Program-made: the position numbers and the translations under genes
In this document: positions 1-13,635 of the stretch, piece after piece
Layout: every line of letters starts with the position of its first letter
Numbering within the stretch: position 1 is the first letter of the stretch
Source: Lama guanicoe
Lineage: Eukaryota
DNA: 64,000 bases
NCBI GenBank assembly: GCA_013239625.1
Contig: MU054212.1
Span: 6,918,270-6,982,269 of the forward strand
Direction: 5' to 3'
Notes under the pieces: generated by a model
What the model was told of the DNA's origin: nothing
Seen by the model: the letters and a program-made list of their open reading frames with translations, nothing else
Database searches by the model: none

Positions 1-1575
1 TGTACAAATGCGCCAAAAAATATCTAAAAAGACCCATACGCATTCAGAAAATTCACCATGAAGAAGGGGAAAATCTGACCCTGGGCTCTCCTGTGGGAGA
101 GCAAGTTTAGGTAGAGTCTGCCACATCTTCCAAGGGACTGTGAGCAGGCAGGAGGGGGACGTCAATTGTGTGAGCTTAAACTAAAAGAGCTGAGGCCAGA
201 GAACTGAGGCAGTGACCAGCCCTGCCTCCTGTGGTGTGAAACAAAAGTAACTGGGATTAATACTTCGAGGAGACATGTCTCTTTTCTCCCCATACACCTT
301 AATAAATTACTACAAGATCAGCAGATCATCTGCCCAGGAGCAATGGTAACTGGTGACTATCTTGATAAACAAGGAAGGAGAAAATGTCTATCCCACTTCA
401 GGGGCACTTCTTTCCCATGACGACACTATGAGCCAGCAGAAACACAGGAAAGCTTTCCAATCGGATTTCTTATTTTCCCTCTTCAGGGTAAGGATAACTA
501 GAGTTGATTCCTTAGCCTGAGCAGTAAGCCCTTGGTTGAGGGGTGGTGAGGGTGGTCAGAGGGTGTTGGATTTAGCAACAGAGAAAGAAAGACTGAGTAA
601 TCAAAGAATAATATATGTGTGGTTTACAGGATCAAGGCTTGGGGTCACTGAATTTGACTGTTAAAAAAGTGAAACCTCATTTTGGAAGAAACAAGACACA
701 CTGTTTAATTCAATTACACAATTCAAAGTTAAATCAAATTTTACTTTGTATTTTTACTTTAGTGGTATCTTACTTTTCTGAAAATAGTATGTCCTCAATA
801 AACTTGAAGACATAATTATTAAACAATTTTTGCACTCATTCAGTTCACACAGGAGCATTCACTGAGCATCATATACTATGTAGTGTCATTATCATGTACA
901 AACACTTTTTTTTTAAGCAAATAATATATCAGGTTTCTATAACTTCAGTGTCTTCATTAAAATACAGTATCCGGTAAAACAAATGATTTTATAAGGAATT
1001 AAGTAAAAAAAAAAAACCACTACCCCTAAGTGGGTTAATATTAATACTAATGTAAATTTTGTTATTTTAGCATTTGTATAATTCACATCATTATAAATTC
1101 TTACTATTATTCATTCTATTTCTTGAAGAGAACCTCATCTATTTGAACTGATATTTGTTCTATATATACAAAGATTCAAAACCTTTCCATCTTTTGACTA
1201 GGTAACTTTGTCTTCTGTTCTATTTATACTTCATAAATCCATTATAAGCCCATCTGGAAAAGCAATTATTTCCAGGCATCAACTAATTTACTAGACTTCC
1301 TTCTCAATGGATATGTGGTTTCTACTTTAGACAACCAATTTCCATAGCAAATCAGGTGGATTTAGTGTCTGCATCCCTGTTTATACATAAGCTAAATTAA
1401 GAATGTTATCATCATAGATGTAGTTACTGGCCAAATAGAAGGTGAAAAACTTGGATGTCACAATCACACAGGAAATCAGTGAAGTCATGTCCAGAGCATT
1501 TTGCTTCAAGGCTCTTTCTGCTAAAGACATTACAACCCAACAGCTCTGTAATTCAATAGAGTAAGGGAAAGTGGA

Positions 1576-1720
1576 CAGGGGCTTAGAATCTATTCTTTAG
1601 CCATTTGCTTTGTTGCACAAGTCATTTAATCTCAAGGCGTTTGAAGCTTCACATCTATGTGGAAATGATAACACCTAGCCTGATCTCACATGAGTTCAAA
1701 TGGGGAAACCTACTTAAAAA
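1576..1720 (+). mobile_element. MIR SINE remnant
   Basis: Degenerate MIR core: caagtcatttaatctc...cttcacatctatgtggaaatgataacacct. Confidence 0.55.
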
Positions 1721-2078
1721 TTATAAAGGTACTGCCATGTTTATCAACCAAACATGATGAAGCCTTGTTGTATGAGTGTTATGCTACTGGTAACATTCTA
1801 AACTTCCAGGAGACACCCAGTTGCTGAAGATCAGTTGTTCAGTTCTTTGGGTGTCAACTACTAATGAATGCTTATCCTCATCTACATGAGAAAACAAAGA
1901 AAAAAATCCTTATATGTTTTGCAAAGTACAAACGACATTCACGTTTGCTCTGCACTGGAAGACTCGGAGATTTATTTTACATTTAATATGAGAATTATAT
2001 GAAAAGTCTGACGGAGGATCCTTACCATACTAGCAGTAAAGCAACAGGAAAAGCCCTGAAGGTAACTTACTGAAAACG

Positions 2079-2166
2079 TATTCATATATATTCATATGTA
2101 TACAAATGTGTGTATGTGCATTTAGGTGTATGTGTCTGTACATGCGTGTGTATATGTATGTATATG
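2079..2166. repeat. Degenerate (TA)n/(TG)n microsatellite
   Basis: Visible run tattcatatatattcatatgtatacaaatgtgtgtatgtg...gtgtatatgtatgtatat. Confidence 0.8.
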
Positions 2167-3259
2167 AGATACTCAGTATTTAGGTATTATGTTGAGGGAG
2201 AATCAAGGCTTTGAATGAAGTCATTTAGACTAGTCTCTACTCAACTCATTTCTTACATTTTAACACCAAAGTATAGAAAATAAATAATAGACAAACATGG
2301 CATGTTTTATGCAAACTTTCCAAAAGGTTAATAAAATTACATGATCTGTTTATATACCAAATGATTAGTATGCAAATAAAAATCACATGACTGTGGAAAG
2401 ACGAATGACTTTAACCTCCTTTATAGCTAATTATCTGTCTGATCACCTATACATATATGAATAATTAGTGTTTCAGGAATATGTCACTATTTTTTGATAA
2501 AACAAAATTTCATATTTAATAATCACAAACTCTTTTTTTAATAAATTGTTTTCTCTCATTGGTCTTCATGTATTGTATACTTATGTATTTTTTAATGGAG
2601 AATTTAAAGAAACGTAATCATTAAATTAATACATGTTGGTAACTTTTCAATTATTTTAAAAATATTACTGAAGTTACATAAAACATAAATTCCTCAATTA
2701 GGTATTAGCATAATAAACAAAATGTATGTCAAATAAAAGTTAGAATTAGTAAATACGTATGTCTGAGAAAAGGGAATTCTAGAAAACATTTTGGAATTTA
2801 TATGGTATGTTTTACTGATAAATTTCAGCTCCAAAGCTTTATAAAAAATCATGCTAGTAATAATGATTAATGATTCTTTTAGTTTTTAATAACATCTTAT
2901 AGTAGAAAGCTTCAAATTATTGTATTTTAAATAAAGCAACATAAAAAAGAAATCAGCAAATATTTATAGATGGAATTTGTAAAGTTCCATGAAAGATAGC
3001 AAAAACCCATTTTTAACTTATTTATGAACGTCATAAAGCATGCAAATTAATTGCTTTTAATTAACCATCTGCAAAATGACAAATAGTTTAAGCAAAACGA
3101 AAACTCATGAAGTATTTTCTATTTTCTATTCATACAATTAAGAGTATTCAAAAGAGGATAAAGATAAAAACTTCATTTTCTGAGAATTATTACTTCTATG
3201 CTATACTGTTTGGTAAAGGAAGAAATACTGTTGGGTTCAGTCTCCTCTAAAAACCTAAA

Positions 3260-3454
3260 TACATAAGTCATGGGGACGTAAAGTACGTCATAAGGAATAT
3301 GGTCTTTGGTACTGATGACTGTGCATGGGGCAAATGGTTACTACACTTACACCGTGGTGATCATTTTGCAATATATTTAAATGTTGAATCACTATGTTAT
3401 ACATCTGAAATTAACATAAAATTGTCCATCAACTATACTTCAATTTTTAAAAAA
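3260..3454 (+). mobile_element. L1 3' end fragment (L1MA9-like)
   Basis: Typical L1 3' UTR gtggtgatcattttgcaatatatttaaatgttgaatcactatgttatacatctgaaattaacataa...caactatacttcaa, followed by an A-rich tail. Confidence 0.8.
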
Positions 3455-3499
3455 TGAAGATGGTTACACAACCAGGAAATTGAAGACTTCACCACACAG

Positions 3500-3740
3500 A
3501 GAGAAGAGCAATGCGGCTGAGTAAGGTGAGTAAATGGTAGATAATACTGGGTAAAATCAGAGAGGTAAGAAAAAGATCATGTGTGACTTTTCACGTCAAG
3601 GCAATACATTTGGATTTTATTTTGAGGGTCACAGAAGCCGTTAGAGAGTTTAAGCAGCTGCGAGACCTGATCTACATTTTAAAAGAGATCACAGCTTTGA
3701 CAACTGATTACAGAGGCAGGCACCAGTGAAAACAGAGTCT
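3500..3740 (-). mobile_element. L2 LINE remnant
   Basis: tttggattttattttgagggtcacagaagccgttagagagtttaagcag...gacctgatctacattttaaaagagatcac resembles the antisense L2 3' region. Confidence 0.6.
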
Positions 3741-4194
3741 TGAGTGGTGGGAGAGGAGGGCTGCTTTGATTAATGAAATGTGGTCCTGGACACCTGTTGT
3801 GATTTGGAAAATGTTAATTTCCTTAAAACACATAAATTTTTAATAACTCTGTCCTTTTGTGGTTTTTACTTTAATCAATAGATAATTAAAATGCAGACAT
3901 TATCTTGTTAGGGCTTTTCAGCTTCTGAGTTAGAGAAGCGCATCTCGGTCTCGTGAGGCAGGGGGCTCACTGGCGTGGCTCTCAGCGCGTCATCAGCCTG
4001 CACCTGGGGAGGAGGCGGCAGAGAGAGGCCTCAGCTCCCCAGTCCTTCCCTCAGTGCCCCTCCATCACCACCAGTAAGATACACGCTGCCTAGGGAAATA
4101 GTGAATTAAGTACAAAAGAAAAACGTGCTGTGCCCCGAGGTACCCAACGAGTGGCACAAGCAGAAACTGCTCAGGAGAGAAAATTATAAAAATA

Positions 4195-4400
4195 ATCTTT
4201 ATTTAGTATTTATTGTATGTTGAGTGCTGTGTTAAGGACATTATTTCATTTAATTTACCCCTTAATATTGACCCAACTTGAAATATGAGAATCCTAAGAT
4301 TCAAAGACGCTAAAAAACTCGGGCACATTTACAAAACTAGTGCGTCTTGTGATTCAAACCCAGTTCTGTCTGAGCCCCTCTTTCAATCACTTCATGCATC
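4195..4400 (-). mobile_element. MIR SINE remnant
   Basis: atttagtatttattgtatgttgagtgctgtgttaagg...gattcaaacccagttctgtctga. Confidence 0.6.
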
Positions 4401-4599
4401 AGTTTTTAAAGGTAGGAGTGGTTGCTGTGAGGTTTTATGGTCAAGGAAATCTTCACTGGGAGACAGTGAAGAGTTAGGATTTTTAGAAAACAAAGGCCGG
4501 GCATTTCAGAAAGAGAGCATTATGAGTGATGGAAAGGTATGGAAACACATAAAGGGGCAGGCATGGAAAAAACATCTTCTTCAGGACAAGTGGCAGAGA

Positions 4600-4960
4600 C
4601 TCGCTGGCTCCTCACAATCAGATCTCCCCTTTTAGCTATTAAGATGTTAGTGGAAATGGTCTAAGTCAATCGCTGGCCTGGCCCTAAACAGCTCTGTAAA
4701 GCAAAATGCTTCCACCCCCTTTCTTCTTCCATTTGCAGAGCAGGGACAGAGGAGCCGGTTGGAGGGACTGGGACCCCAGGAATGGCAAAGCCATAAAGCT
4801 TAAAGGAGCCTGGGTCTCTGAGACATTATACATGAGATTGCTCATGGATCAAGGTTACTCATGTGGGACGTGTTGAGCAAGAAAGAAGCATTTATTAGAT
4901 TAAGCTACTAAGCATTGTGGCGTTTTGTTTTAGCTTCTAGAATCATTTATCCCAAATAAC
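4600..4960 (+). mobile_element. MaLR LTR (MLT1 family) remnant
   Basis: aaggagcctgggtctctga and a MLT1-like 3' end (ttaagctactaagcattgtggcgttttgttttagc). Confidence 0.55.
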
Positions 4961-5012
4961 ACATAGTAGGAAGTTTATATGGTGAAGATGTGAGGTTAGG
5001 GCATGTTAGACT

Positions 5013-5420
5013 CTGTGGACTGGCTCCCCAGATACCTGCTTGCAATGCTCTCCTCCTTTTCCGGAACTGACCATAGACTCAGGTTCCTTGGAATTGATGC
5101 TAATCATGGGCATCATTCTGATCAATGAGATGTAAATGCAAGTTTCACGGGGATGTTCCTTCCCGTTTCCCCAGCTCCCTTTTCCTGTTTGAGAGAGGCT
5201 GCCACACCTGAGTCAGTGCCAGCTGTGCTACTGCCGTGAGGGGAAGACCCAGAGCACATCCGAGGTGTGAGTCCTGACACTAGGAGGCAGTGTACCAGTC
5301 CCAGAAACTGCTCACCTCAGACTCCTATAAATGCATAAACAAATGGATAAAACCCTAGTCCTTTAAACGGCAGCTCTTCAGATGTTTTGGCTACTTGCAG
5401 CTGAACACAATTTTAATCAT
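5013..5420 (+). mobile_element. MaLR LTR (old MLT1, J/L-like) remnant
   Basis: Starts tgtggactggctccccagatacc, contains ccaatgagatgtaa-like core, and ends tttggctacttgcagctgaacacaattttaat. Confidence 0.6.
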
Positions 5421-5444
5421 TACAAAGGTTAAGTGGACGCAAAA

Positions 5445-5652
5445 CAGTGTTTCTCAACTGGGGATGCTTTTGCCCTCCCTCCACCCATGCCCCAAGGGAT
5501 GTCTGGCTATGTCTGGAGACATTTTTGGTGGTCACACGTGGAGGGATGTTACTGGCATCTAACGGGTAGAAGCCTACAACGCGCAGGACAGCCCTCTACC
5601 ACAAAGGACTGTCCGGTCCAACTGTCAACAGTGCTGAGGTTGAGCTGCTCTG
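5445..5652 (+). mobile_element. MER20 (hAT-Charlie non-autonomous DNA transposon)
   Basis: cagtgtttctcaactgggg...tgtctggagacatttttggtggtcac...tactggcatcta...aactgtcaacagtgctgaggttgag, the characteristic MER20 sequence. Confidence 0.85.
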
Positions 5653-8139
5653 TGCTAGCATGTTGAAAGCGCCTCTGTGGCATTTGAAGATGGAAGCACT
5701 TCTTTACAGATGATCATATGCCACTGCAGGATGCTGAACGAGAGAGTAACGTGAATAAAAAGAAGAGAGGCAAGAGTGACCTGGGGTTTTATGCAGAAAA
5801 GGGGCTTAGAAGCCCAGCTAAGAGGCTGGTTATTAGAACCTGGGTGTTGGTGGGGGAGAAACAGAAAGGAATGAGCAAACTCATGATTTATTAGGAAAGA
5901 GGAGTGTGAGGACAGAATGACAGACATGGGTGACACAGAGTTGAAGCAGATGTTTCAGGTAGGTACTGGCCTAGTAAAATAACATTTTTAACCATTTACT
6001 TTTTGCAAACATGCAACCCTCCTAAAGCCATGAAAGCAAAATATCCAAATAGAAGACCTTCTTCTCCCCTTCTCTGAGCAGATGGGAAGTGGTAGACAAC
6101 ATTCCATGTGAAACATCAAGGCAGCCATGCTGTGAGCACAGGTGTAACACATTTACTACTTAAGGCCTCAAAGCCTCTCTCCCTTTCCAGGCATCACTAT
6201 ATTCTTCCACAGGTCACAGAAAACCTGGCACAGAGAAAAGGACACATTATCGGGGTTGAAGAGGGACAAGCAGAGGTGTCAAAAGAATCACACAGGGATA
6301 CAGAAACCCTCTTCCTAATTAAGAAGCAAAGCAGGCAGCTGGCATTGTGTGGATTATTGGGCAAAACAGTCTTTACAATATGTTTTAATTGAATTTTGAG
6401 GATAAGGATAAATAGAGTTTGAGACTATGAAATGAGAAAGTATCTTTTTCAGTGAAGGTGAGCATGAAACAAGAATTTTCTTGAACACACACACAAAAGC
6501 AAAGCAGAACCTAAAAGCAGAAGAAAGACTATTTTCAAAGACTATTTTCATGGTTATGCTTGGCTATGTGTTCTCACTATATCTTGAGTCAGGAGGAAAT
6601 GGAAGTTTATAAACGTACTCACTGGACATTCTCTGCTCTATGTGTATATTTTAATAATAAGTCGATTATGGCTAAGTAAATATTGTGAAAAATAGAGAGC
6701 CAAGTGCATAGTGCAGCTTCCGACATGTTCCAGACAACCCAGATAAAATCCTCTGTTATCGTTAAGTCCCTAATTAAATAGTGCTCCCCAATATTATTAC
6801 ATAAACATAACCGAAATGGGTTTACCACATGGGAAGTACAGAAAAAGTGATGGTTATAAGCGTATCACAAAGCCAGGGTTTAACAAAATGGCCCCCTTAT
6901 GAAATATTGTTGTGAAAGTTTCATTCTCTTCTGAATGTGCCATACTTGTTCATAAAGCTTTATAAATCCAAAGTATTCAACCTGTTTATCAGAACTGCTC
7001 TCATTCTATACCTTCTAAATAAAGAAAAATCTACCACATATTTTTAACCAGGAGATTCTTTCTCGAAAGGCAGACGCTCAGACTTTCTATTGAGGCCCAG
7101 TAGAAAGAGTGTCCTCTTAGGAATGTTCCTGAGGTAATTTTACTGACTAAAACAAATACCAATGACTCATACACAATTTCCATGTTATGAGTTCAGAGTT
7201 TACTAAATTATCTTTGTTTTTTTGTTGCTGTTGCTGATGTGTAACAAACTCCAACAGATTGCAACATTTTGTAGATAATATATATATTTTCCCCGACCAA
7301 GTTACACTATATTGAGGACAGAGTTTTATCCTGTAAGACAGGAGATTCAAGTTGCTCCCCAACTACCCGCAAGCATCCTGAAAGTTAAATAGCTCGTTTC
7401 TCTCCAAATGAAAGACTTAACTAAAATAAGCAGTATGAACAATCTCCAACTGTGAACTAATTAAAGACAATTCCCTTTCAAGGTTTTGTCGCAAGATGTC
7501 ATTTGTGATTTTATTTTGCTTTCCTCAAATTTGTCCTATTTTATATGCCTGCTCTTTCAAGATTTATCCTTAGATGGCATGATATTTTAATACTGGAAGT
7601 CAGTGACATTCTAATGGGTCACACTTAAATTAATATTAAGCTATTTACAAATTATAAAACAACTAAGGAAAACATAATAATATTGTGAAGCTAGTAGAAG
7701 CAGCTTGATGTAATGAATAGGCGACTGTCTACTTTTTCAAGCCATTGTTGTTGCATCTGAAAAGGCACAGCTAAGTGACCGCAGCTAAAGCACCAGAGCT
7801 ACAAGCTTTATTCCTTCCGTAATCTCAGGTCCTTATGCCCTACTTTCACTTATATTGTCAAATTTCTAATGTTGAAAAAGTTGGGGGAAATAACTGTAAA
7901 GTTATATTAGGGCAAAATCAAATCTAAAACCATTATCAGGTTTTAAAATGTCTAAATAACAGAAAAGTCAACAGAGTAAAAGTAATGCCTGAAGAAATGT
8001 AACGAAAAGACTCCAAGAAAAAAATTGCAACCAACGAAGGAAGAGTACTTTCTCCTACAATAACAGCGCCAAGAACGGCCTGCTGGCCTGTTGACCAAGA
8101 TCTCCATGCTCTTGTCACTTACTACTGAGTTTCTTTTAA

Positions 8140-8335
8140 AGGCTATTAATAATCTATTGAGAAGTTAGGTGTGACGCACTGCGCATGCTTTATTTTACAT
8201 ATAATACCACAACTTTTTGAGTTAAGTACTATTTTTATCTCCATTTTTGAAAGAAAGGATGCTAAGTAACAGCAGAAGTCAAATTCAGATCTGAATAGAA
8301 TCAGTCTGATACCAGAAGCCACACACCAAACCACT
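8140..8335 (-). mobile_element. MIR SINE remnant
   Basis: taagtactatttttatctccatttttgaaagaaag...aagtaac antisense MIR core. Confidence 0.55.
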
Positions 8336-9084
8336 GCCTGTCATTGCTTTGTCTCTGAACAGCATCCACAGTTTCCAGCCTCGCCTTTCAAAGAATAGCC
8401 TTACTTTAACACCAAGATTGGAAATTTAGTCTTTGAGAATCTTCATCCTAACTTCCAGATGTCTAACTATTCTTGACATGAATTATTTTTTAAAAGGTTT
8501 GAACCAACTCTTTCAAGAACTAGCTTGAATTAGTCTCTGTCATCTGGTTCTTTTCCACCATCTCCAAAATATCTCTCATGATTCCATTAATAAATCTTCT
8601 GTTCTTTCCTAATTGTTACTACTTATTATTACTCAAATTCCGGGGTTTTTTAACAGCATGTTTTTAAAAGAGTCTGATATCATACTATCTCCCAGGCTTG
8701 AACAAGAAACTTGCATGATGACATGATACCTCTAGTGATTCCCACCCTGTCTTAGTAACACGGTCCTCTTGCCAAGAATATTCTTGGGCTCTTCAATTTT
8801 AAGTGTGATTTACTGTTTATAACACATTTGAAATCTCACTTTGTGTATCAAAATGCGTAATATTGATCCAGCACTCTGGACATATTTTGGATTTTAATAA
8901 CATTTGTGGGAGATACCAACTGCTTGCCAACCATCCGCAGACTGCCTCACATTTCTCAGTCCTACTGCAATTTGGAATGAGTCTAGTTCCGACGGAAAAT
9001 AGAAGAAACATGAACCAGTTTGAGACCAAGACATTTAACAGGGGATATGTGATCTTCTAGTTTTCTCCCCCTCAAGGAGACTAC

Positions 9085-9970
9085 AGAGGACTTCTGTTGA
9101 GATGGTGGAGTCAGAAGATGGAAATGAAATGGAGCCCTTTGTTACTTTGTGGAGGTGAACTGCCCTGGAGAGTCGTAGAGCCTCAGTGAATTTTTGTGAG
9201 TCAGAAGTCAACATTTGTAGTCATCAACCAGTGAGATCTGGAAACTGTCACTGGAGGACAGCCTAATCTATCCTGATCAATACTGGGATATAAGAAGCAG
9301 CTGACCTGATGTAAGAAATAGGTGACTGTTGTTAAAGCAGGCCAAAAAACAAAAAACAAAAAAACTAAAGCAACGTAGGCGACATTTGATAAGTGGCCCA
9401 CTGGAGGCTGCAAAGATCATGGCTCAGGAAGTGGCACACTATTTGGTAATGCTATTGCCCTGATAACCCGCAGTGCTGACCATGCGGGCAGCGAGCTCCA
9501 GGGAGCTCTAAACATTGGAAAATGGAACTTAGGAATGGGTGCCGGTTGCTACTGGCTGCATTTGGCAAAGAAGTATAAAAAGGAGATGATTTAGCAAAGA
9601 ATATCTCAGTCTGAGAGCAGAAATTTGGGGAAAGTCTTGGAATCTTAGACCCCAAACTGTAAGAGGTAAAATGGAAAAAAGTCCCTGAGAGACAAAGGTC
9701 TGTCAAAATTTAGCCTTAGAGGCAAAGATCAGATTAAATATCTCACAGGAAAAGTGAAACTAAGATCGAGAATTTCTGTCCTGAATGTGACAGCCTCAAG
9801 ATAGCCCTCCTTAAATCTACAGGGGCAGAGGATATGAAAACAAAGAAATATTTGAGAAGGCTCAGAAGATCTATGGGTGTGATTCCTGGCAATCAATCTA
9901 ACCGGAAGCAATAGATAAAAAAGCCTATTGGGTTTTTGAAAGTCATACTGAAAATAAATATCCACCAAGT
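9085..9970 (+). mobile_element. MaLR (MLT1) LTR followed by MLT1 internal sequence
   Basis: LTR-like end (gcctaatctatcctgatcaatac, and again gactgttgttaaagcag), then internal-region motifs (ggctgctactggctgcatttggcaa-like, gagatgatttag, cagattaaa). Confidence 0.55.
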
Positions 9971-10019
9971 ATGTGTTATGTGAATCTTACCACTCCTTGG
10001 AATTCCAACCTAATATGAC

Positions 10020-10640
10020 CTGGGTGATGAAATTTCAGAGAAAGAATTTAAAGCAGCTGTTATAAATATATTCAAGAAGTTAAGGAAAAAGATGGAAATA
10101 ATGAGTGAAAAATGGGAAACTTCAGCAGAAGAGAACAATAAAAATATGGAAATAGGAAAAATACGAATAACCTAAATGAAGTAAACAATTAAAAAGCAGA
10201 GTTTGTTCAACTCAACTACATACTGCCTGCATGAGATAAGCTTTAAATACAAAGATACAGAGAGACAAAGCAAAAGGAAGAAGAAAATACACCATGCAAA
10301 TGTAAGCATAAGGAAGTAAGTATGGCTAGACTAATATCAGACAAAGTACACATTGAGATACGGAATTATCAGTAACAAAGAGGGACATTCCATAAAAATA
10401 AAATGGTCAATACATCAGGAAGATATAACTATCACATATGGGTATAAATCTTTATTAGAGCTTTAAAATACACAATAAAAAAGCTGATAGAACTAAAAGG
10501 AGAATTAGAAAAATCTAGTCATAGTTGGAGATTTTAACATCCTTCTATCAGTAATTGATAGAATGATGACAAAAAAAATCACTGATTAGAAAAGTTTTAA
10601 ACAACAGAATTGAGATTTATAAAACGCTACCTCTAAAATT
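10020..10640 (+). mobile_element. Old L1 fragment, ORF2 endonuclease region (degenerate)
   Basis: ctaatatcagacaaagta...aaagagggacattccataaaaataaaatggtcaatacatcaggaagatataac...atagttggagattttaacatcc (IVGDFN motif). Confidence 0.8.
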
Positions 10641-12379
10641 TCTCTCTAAAATATGTTGGATTAACAGCAGTCTACATACGATCAAAAAGAAGGTTGGTTT
10701 GAGAGATCAATATGATGGCTAAGTACCTTTCTTAGTTTTAAACATGTCTAGAAATGCTCCTTTATTAGGGGGGAAAAAAGATGTTCCAGAGTACCAGAAG
10801 ACAACATTGTTTCTTTCCTCTCGGACACATTTTTAATTTCTGTGGTTGATCTTCTAATTTAAACCAAGTAACATTTCTGCCTTTGACTTTTGAGTCGAAC
10901 ACACTGACACATATGATTTAACTGCCGATGAGTTTCCTAGACGTCAGTAGGAGGAATATTTTAAGTGAAGTACTAGTAAACCAATTAAAACTCTCCAGGA
11001 CAAAGCAGTTATTAGGTTCTAGCTTTCTGCAACCTTACTTTTTTAAGGACTAATACAGTTTTATTCTCATCAAAATAGTTTAGGATGATCTTAAATACAG
11101 TCTAAAATGTTAGAAAATATTGAGTGTCTTTTAAATCACTTTCAATATGATAGAATATCAGCATGATTACTTTTCTTTTCATAAAAACAATCTAGCAATT
11201 ATGTTTCCCTTTTAAAATACACAAACATAGTTATTTTACAAAACCTTTCTGGGACCAGTATAATATTCCTGTTCTTGAGTCATTACTCTGACTTTCAGTA
11301 GCATCCTATATTGATTTTAAGATCTCACTTATGGCTTTTTAGACATTTCATGGTTTAAGTATTCTATACCTTTCAGATTGATTACTTCTATATTATCTGT
11401 CACTTTTTTTATTGTCAGAGCAGGGGCTGCTTTCTGCTCTGTTGTCACAAATGGATTCCCATGAGGCTAACACTTTTCATGCATCTTGCTAACAGAAATT
11501 GCTACTTCTTGAAGTAAGTAATTCTGAGCCTCCTACAGCTTTATAAAACATAGGTGTAACATTTCTTTTTCCACTGGACTTCAAATGCTCACTTATCTGA
11601 GGGTTTGTTCTTAAACTAACTGAAATGATTCTGGAGAGAGCTTTGTAAACACTGGTTGTATTTGCTCCTTGATAACTGTGCTGCTTTTATTTACTTCCCT
11701 TTCCTGCAAATATGTCAAACAAGCAAGATGCATTTTATGTAATTCAATAGCTGTTTAAAGTGCTTTCTTATCATTGATCTCAATACTTTCCTAATGTTAT
11801 TCGTGTACATTTCCCAAAGTGGGTTACTACATTTTCATGATGCGGTCTCATTTGCCAAGGTTCTCAGTAATCTTATTGGTATGTTTTATTTCTGGTAGCC
11901 CCAGAATTTCCTCAACAAATGTCTGTCTTCAGTGCACAGTGGTATAAAACTGGTAGTTAATTGTGAATTTTAGATTGTGTACTTTAGTTCCCACAAAATG
12001 ACCTAAGACAATTGAAATTTAAATTTCATGTATTTTAAAATGAATTTTAATTTAGGATTTTTAAAAGGACTAATATTTCCATAAATGGTTAAGTATTACA
12101 AGTTAAGGAGAGGAAACCATTGAACCTAATAATATTTTACTGCCAAATATTATTATTCCCATAAATTAAATGGCAGCTCACAGAATTATACAATGCAGGA
12201 TCTAACGGGCCTTTTAAGATCTTCTAGTTCAATTGCTTATTTTAAAAATAATGATTTTTTTTAAGGTCAAAGGAGTAAGAACCTGAATCCTATTTTTCTT
12301 ATTCTAACACTAGTGAATTTTCTTTACACTAAGTGTCTGTGTCAGAATTTTTCTATATTACTGCCAGAATAAAGACAAG

Positions 12380-12650
12380 AAATTGGAGATAACTATAAAT
12401 AATAATACTGTATTGTATTTTTGAAAGTTTCTAAAAGAGCAGATCTGAAAAGTTCTCATCACAAGGGAAAAAATTTTGTTAACTATGTGAGGTGATGAAA
12501 TGTTAACTAAACTTATTATGGTAATCATTTCCCAAAATATATATACATTGGATCATTATGTTGTACATCTTAAACTTACCCAATGTTTTAACTCAATTAT
12601 ATCTCAATAAAACTGAAAAAAAAACCCAAGAAACTGGGAAAAAAAAGTTC
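12380..12650 (+). mobile_element. L1 3' end (L1MB-like)
   Basis: aataatactgtattgtat...aagagcagatctgaaaagttctcatcacaag...aactatgtgaggtgatg...tcaattatatctcaataaaactg, then A-rich tail. Confidence 0.85.
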
Positions 12651-13147
12651 TAAAATAAAACATGTTTACGGAAGCCCCAGGCTTTACCTCCAACTTAAAA
12701 GCTAGTTCAGTTACTAAAAGTGCATTATTTGAATGCAGCAGGTTTATGGACTGACAACCTGCCAGTACTTCCCTTGCTGCAACTGGATGATGACAGCTAA
12801 TCATCACATGATAACGTTTACTAATCAGTGTGTATAAAAGAAGTAACTCATCTTTTCATAAGTACAAAGTTCCTCTGAACAAACAATAGATTCTGCAACA
12901 TGAAATGACAGAGGTCAGAAGACTAGCATCTGATAGGTCACAGCTGTACATCTGTGCGCCACAAGCACTCTGTGGGCTGTGTGATGAAGGGCTAAGGTGT
13001 AGAAACTGATGGCAATAATAAATAATTTGCCAGGTGTGTGCATTTCTATTGTAGAAGAATGTGTCATCTAATTCCTCTGTCTAGAAAATTACTGGGAGGA
13101 AAAATGTAAAACCTTCATCAGTGACTAGTACTTTTATTGGACATTAT

Positions 13148-13635
13148 TGTATTACTACTTTGTTAAAGCGGCTGCAGTAATTACCACAAACCTAGTGGTT
13201 CAAAATAATTTAAAAAATTCAGTATTTTATAGTTCTGAAGGTCAGAAATCAGAAATGAGTCTTATGGGGATAAAATCAAGATGCTGGCAGAATTGGTTTC
13301 TTCTGGCAGAAAAAGAATTCCTTTCCTTGACTTTTCCAGCTTCCAGAGGCCACCTGCATTCCTTGGCTGGGGGCCCAGCATCACATAGCATTTCCTCCCA
13401 CTGCTTCTGCTGTCAATCACCTCTCTCTTCCTACTGTTGATTTTCCCTCTGCCTCTTATAAGAACATCTGTGAATACATTTAGGGCCCACCCCGATAATC
13501 CAGGATAATCTCTCCATCGCAAAGTCCTTAATTTAATCACACCTGAAAAGTCCCTTTTATTGTGTGAGAGTACATTCACAGGTTCTGGTGATGAGGCTGT
13601 GGATATCTTCAGGGGCCATTATTTAGCCAATCACA
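13148..13635 (-). mobile_element. MaLR solo LTR (MLT1C/D-like)
   Basis: TG...CA termini (tgtatt...atcaca). Internal motifs include ttccagcttccagaggccacctgcattccttggct and gggcccaccccgataatccaggataatctc. Confidence 0.85.

Noticed and set aside
4285..4635. 116-aa plus-strand ORF
   Set aside because: It starts within a MIR remnant and has no recognisable homology.
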